From Promethearchaeota archaeon (GTDB lineage Archaea > Asgardarchaeota > Lokiarchaeia > Sigyniarchaeales > SOKP01): a DNA stretch of 10,354 bases. Within the stretch, counting starts at the first letter, position 1; every line of letters starts with the position of its first letter. Location: positions 1-10,354 of the forward strand of contig JAHLWH010000223.1 of NCBI GenBank assembly GCA_019058015.1. The letters run 5' to 3'. Positions 7,253 to 10,354 of the stretch are shown piece by piece. Position numbers and translations under genes: made by a program. The notes beneath the pieces were generated by a model. That model worked only from the letters and a program-made list of their open reading frames with translations, had not been told where the DNA came from and made no database searches.

Positions 7253-8944
7253 TTAGATTTTTCCCAACTTTTTATTTATAATATTTAATAAAGAAATTGG
7301 CCCCAAACTTTGGTATTTTTGGAAGTATGAATAATTTTCTTCATATTCTATTAAATCACCGTTATCTAACTCAATTATTTTATCCACATGATTTAGAAGT
7401 AAATGATAATCATGTGAAGCTATAATAATTGTTTTGCCTTTTTGCTGCTCCTGATAAAGTATAGTAATTAATTCATCTATTGTTTTTTGATCTTGTCCTA
7501 TGAATGGCTCATCTAATAAAATAATTTCAGGATCATAAATAAAAATTGAAGATAAATTTAACCTTCTTTTCTGACCCCAACTAAGGTTAAATGGATTTCG
7601 ATCATATTCAACATTTCCAACCATTCTCATTAATTGATTTAAATTCTCTTCATCAATTTGATTTTGGATATTAAAATTTTTTGGGGCATATAGAATTTCA
7701 TCTCTTATTGTATTTTTAAATAGCATATTTTCGGGATTTTGAAATATGAATCCTATCTTTTCAGCATATTCATAAAAATCAATTTCCAAAAGATTTCTTC
7801 CTTTATAATATACTTTCCCCTTAGATGGATTATATAATCCAGCTAATAGGTAAAGTAATGTTGTCTTCCCGCAACCGTTATGACCAACTAATCCAATAAA
7901 ATCTCTTTTAAAGATTTTTAATGAAATATTGTTTAAAGCCATTCTATTAAGTTTAGGGTATTTAAATGAGGCATTCTTAAGTTCTAAAAGAATATCGCCT
8001 TCCATTCCGTCAGAATATTCTTTGTGGTTCATAAAATTTTCATAGAGTCTATTTTTCAATAATTCCAGATTCCTATTCGTTTCTTTATTAATCATTTCAA
8101 TAGCAGTATCAAAAAACAACGGAATTTCACGTTTTGGGGTTTTTAAAGCAGAGATAAAAAGATCTGGAATCCAAGGGATTCTTAGATTACAAGATTTTAA
8201 ATCATTGAAGTGGTTTCGAAATAGTTTATTAATTGAACCTTTAAGTGCAATTTCTCCATTATAATTTAATACTAACAAGTAATCAGCAATATCTAATACT
8301 TTAGATAACCTATGTTCAACAATTATTATGGATAAATCCAATTCTTTATTTTGATAGAGTTTTTTTAATCGATTCAATAATAAAGTGGAAGATCTCTGAT
8401 CTAAAAAGGCAAAAGGTTCATCTAAAATTAAAATTTTAGGCTTCATTACCAGGTAGGAACAGATTACAACAATTTGCTTCTCTCCTCCACTTAAATCATC
8501 AATATCTCGATCAATTAAATGCTCAATATTCATAAACTCTACTATATCATCCACTTTTTCGATTATTTCCTCCTTCGGAAGATTTAAATTCTCTAATCCA
8601 AATGAAATTTCATCTCTAACAGTAAATGTCACTAATTGCTCATCGGGGTTTTGTTTAACTAATCCCACCTTCTTTGATAATTCAGCTAAACTTTGATCCC
8701 AAACACTGAGACCGAAAACTTTTACATCTCCTTTCATGAACCCAATTTGTCTAAAAGGGATAATTCCATTTAGAGTATTGCATATCGTGGATTTTCCACT
8801 TCCACTACTCCCCGCAAGAATTAGAGTCTTTCCTTTTTCTAATTTAAAAGAAATATTTTTTACTGCAGGTCTAACACTTTTATCATTTCCATATATAAAT
8901 GTAAATCCATCAAACTCTAAGGCAAGATTGTTTTGTTCGTACAT
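7253..8944 (-). CDS. ecfA: ECF transporter fused dual ATPase (A-A', YkoD-like)
   Basis: NBD1 has GSSGSGKST, QNPDEQ, LSGGEKQ, ILILDEP and IVEH. NBD2 has GHNGCGKTT, FQNPE, LSWGQKRR, ILLDEP and IASHD. There are no TM segments, and the gene lies between the S and T genes. Confidence 0.95.
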   Translation of the reverse strand: MYEQNNLALEFDGFTFIYGNDKSVRPAVKNISFKLEKGKTLILAGSSGSGKSTICNTLNGIIPFRQIGFMKGDVKVFGLSVWDQSLAELSKKVGLVKQNPDEQLVTFTVRDEISFGLENLNLPKEEIIEKVDDIVEFMNIEHLIDRDIDDLSGGEKQIVVICSYLVMKPKILILDEPFAFLDQRSSTLLLNRLKKLYQNKELDLSIIIVEHRLSKVLDIADYLLVLNYNGEIALKGSINKLFRNHFNDLKSCNLRIPWIPDLFISALKTPKREIPLFFDTAIEMINKETNRNLELLKNRLYENFMNHKEYSDGMEGDILLELKNASFKYPKLNRMALNNISLKIFKRDFIGLVGHNGCGKTTLLYLLAGLYNPSKGKVYYKGRNLLEIDFYEYAEKIGFIFQNPENMLFKNTIRDEILYAPKNFNIQNQIDEENLNQLMRMVGNVEYDRNPFNLSWGQKRRLNLSSIFIYDPEIILLDEPFIGQDQKTIDELITILYQEQQKGKTIIIASHDYHLLLNHVDKIIELDNGDLIEYEENYSYFQKYQSLGPISLLNIINKKLGKI

Positions 8945-8960
8945 ATCTTATTCAAAATTA

Positions 8961-9638
8961 TTAACTTTTACCTAAATTTGTAATCTCATTTGTTTTAATA
9001 GTAAATATAGCTTGAGTCGCAATAGGAACGCCTGCTTTTATTAAGTAGTCCTTAATAACTTTACCTAATAAACCAGCTATAAACACACCCGATAAAAATG
9101 CAAAAATCATTGCTAATATGAATAAAGAAATATGAAGAGTAAATAATTTTCCCGAAATATACCAAAAAACAGGAACTTGAGTTATATTTCCAATTCCACC
9201 TGCAATCCCCCAACCTAATTTTGAATCTCCTTCATTAAGATGTTCCATAATAAAAAAGCCTATAAGTAATGAAACACCTTCTAATAAATTTATTCCGATA
9301 ATAATAATTCCATAAGAACCGGTTATGAGAAATTCGAGTATTCCTTTTGTAAACATGGAGATAAGAATACCGGGTTTATTTCTTGTTAAACCATAAAAAA
9401 TCGCAACCCAAATAATGTGATGTGCAGATGCTAATTGCGTTCCGCCCGTAAGAGGGTACCATACTTTTATTAATAAATCAAAGGGTATAACACTTGAAAT
9501 GATTCCTCCAAGAGTCCCAAAAATTGTTGCATAAATTAAAGTTCTAATTGAAATTCCAAATCTGCTTTTTTCAATTTCGAAATTTTCTACTCCGGTCCTT
9601 TTAAATTCTTCTTTTGTGTCTTCAAGATTTTTATCCAT
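8961..9638 (-). CDS. ECF transporter substrate-specific S component (YkoE/ABC_cobalt-like superfamily), substrate unknown
   Basis: About 6 TM helices in 225 aa. It shows RTLIYATIFG (AxxxA-like motif in helix 1), LTRNKPG..KGILEFL.G and the C-terminal SGVFIAGLLGKVIKDYLIKAGV typical of this S-component group. It sits immediately upstream of ecfA and ecfT. Confidence 0.85.
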   Translation of the reverse strand: MDKNLEDTKEEFKRTGVENFEIEKSRFGISIRTLIYATIFGTLGGIISSVIPFDLLIKVWYPLTGGTQLASAHHIIWVAIFYGLTRNKPGILISMFTKGILEFLITGSYGIIIIGINLLEGVSLLIGFFIMEHLNEGDSKLGWGIAGGIGNITQVPVFWYISGKLFTLHISLFILAMIFAFLSGVFIAGLLGKVIKDYLIKAGVPIATQAIFTIKTNEITNLGKS

Positions 9639-9647
9639 AGAGCAAAA

Positions 9648-9652
9648 TCACC
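9648..9652 (-). promoter_or_regulatory. Shine-Dalgarno GGTGA for the S-component gene
   Basis: Minus strand reads GGTGA-ttttgctct-ATG(9638), an archaeal-type SD with 9-nt spacing inside the 21-nt intergenic gap. Confidence 0.65.
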
Positions 9653-9659
9653 ATTAATT

Positions 9660-10232
9660 TTAATATACCCTAATTGCAACTGTATGTTTTGCAGTATATA
9701 TGGTATTCCAATCTGGAAATAAACTTCTATTCACTATTCCTTCTATTGGACCTCTATCCGGTTCCCCTCCCATGGGCATCCCGTTCCTCTCATATGCTAG
9801 CAAAACTAATTCAGGATTTTGTTCAACTAATGAAAAGAGGATATTTCTACTAACATATAAATCGCTCGCTTCAAATCGAAATCTTGTGGAATTGGGGTTT
9901 AAGCAATCTTCTTTATTAAAAATGTCCCATATAACCGCCCCAGAATAATTATCACTCCAAGTATTCCCAAAATCATTAATAAAATAAAATCTATGATTTA
10001 TTACTTGTTGATAATTGGATTTTAACTGAGTTAATGTAATATTGACTTCTCGTTTTACATTTCCGTATATTTTAATTGAAATTTCAGTATTACCATTAAA
10101 TTGTTGTTCTATAAATTGCAAATTATAGATTATTAATCCAATTGATGCACTTATAATTATTCCAAATAATATAAAAATAGAAAGATTCCTTTTTGATAAA
10201 AAGTCTCTAATTTTATGTTTTGAATTATTCAT
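9660..10232 (-). CDS. Membrane-anchored molybdopterin-binding oxidoreductase-fold (sulfite oxidase/MsrP-like, Oxidored_molyb) protein, apparently lacking the catalytic Cys
   Basis: Fold motifs are IKIYGNVKREVNITLTQLK, YSGAVIWDIF, RFRFEASDLY, VLLAYERNGMPM, GPI and AKHTVAIRV. The basic N-terminus is followed by one TM helix (LSIFILFGIIISASIGLIIY). The start is either ATG 10232 or TTG 10250, the latter overlapping the upstream TGA. Confidence 0.8.
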   Translation of the reverse strand: MNNSKHKIRDFLSKRNLSIFILFGIIISASIGLIIYNLQFIEQQFNGNTEISIKIYGNVKREVNITLTQLKSNYQQVINHRFYFINDFGNTWSDNYSGAVIWDIFNKEDCLNPNSTRFRFEASDLYVSRNILFSLVEQNPELVLLAYERNGMPMGGEPDRGPIEGIVNRSLFPDWNTIYTAKHTVAIRVY

Positions 10233-10246
10233 TTTGTAAATCAAAA

Positions 10247-10354
10247 TCAATTATTCTTAATGAATATAAATTTCCTTTTCCAAATTATAATTAATCCAGT
10301 TAAAAAAAACAAAATTAAAAAAGTGAAACCTAATTGATAACCTGAAATAATAGG
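10247..10354 (-). CDS. 3' end of an upstream gene encoding a surface protein with a Loki-CTERM-like sorting signal (partial)
   Basis: Hand translation from the window edge gives PIISGYQLGFTFLILFFLTGLIIIWKRKFIFIKNN*, with TGA at 10247-10249. This is an I-x-G-Y motif, a TM helix and a basic cluster at the extreme C-terminus. Not in the ORF track. Confidence 0.8.
   Translation of the reverse strand, partial: PIISGYQLGFTFLILFFLTGLIIIWKRKFIFIKNN

Noticed and set aside
7560-7590. LSWGQ instead of LSGGQ in the second ATPase domain as a sign of inactivation
   Set aside because: LSxGQKRR variants are common in the second domain of fused ECF ATPases, and Walker A, Walker B and the H-loop are intact.
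8736-8975. 79-aa plus-strand ORF from the track
   Set aside because: Antisense shadow of the ECF ATPase 5' end with no recognisable motif.
9700-9948. 82-aa plus-strand ORF from the track
   Set aside because: Lies wholly antisense within the molybdopterin-fold gene and has no independent support.
10262-10282. BRE/TATA-like GGAAAAGGAAATTTATA on the minus strand upstream of the ECF cluster
   Set aside because: It encodes WKRKFI of the upstream gene's basic tail, which explains it fully. An internal promoter cannot be excluded without TSS data.
10233-10354. Possible TPP, cobalamin or Moco riboswitch ahead of the ECF genes
   Set aside because: The region is nearly all coding, AT-rich and has no recognisable aptamer motifs.

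Overview
AT-rich, gene-dense chromosomal window that most likely comes from an Asgard archaeon of the Lokiarchaeia/Promethearchaeia type. This is inferred from a stand-alone longin-like protein, two Loki-CTERM-like C-terminal sorting signals, a giant sequon-rich Ig-repeat surface protein and a GGTGA Shine-Dalgarno. From left to right it holds: (1) a surface glycoprotein of at least 934 aa on the minus strand that runs off the left edge and is missing from the ORF track; (2) a PfkB sugar kinase; (3) a secreted, C-terminally anchored two-HKD phospholipase D-family protein that appears circularly permuted; (4) a longin-domain protein with an 18-residue-periodic amphipathic tail; (5) a tight minus-strand operon made of the 3' end of a Loki-CTERM surface protein (also missing from the track), a membrane-anchored sulfite-oxidase-fold protein lacking the Mo-ligating Cys, an ECF S component, a fused ECF ATPase and EcfT. 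The best candidate for an undescribed system is this ECF module with a dedicated, apparently non-catalytic, outward-facing molybdopterin-fold partner, possibly for pterin/Moco/Wco or other cofactor scavenging. The permuted PLD is the second strongest observation. I saw no RNA genes, CRISPR arrays or mobile elements. All family calls come from reading motifs by eye; no searches were run.
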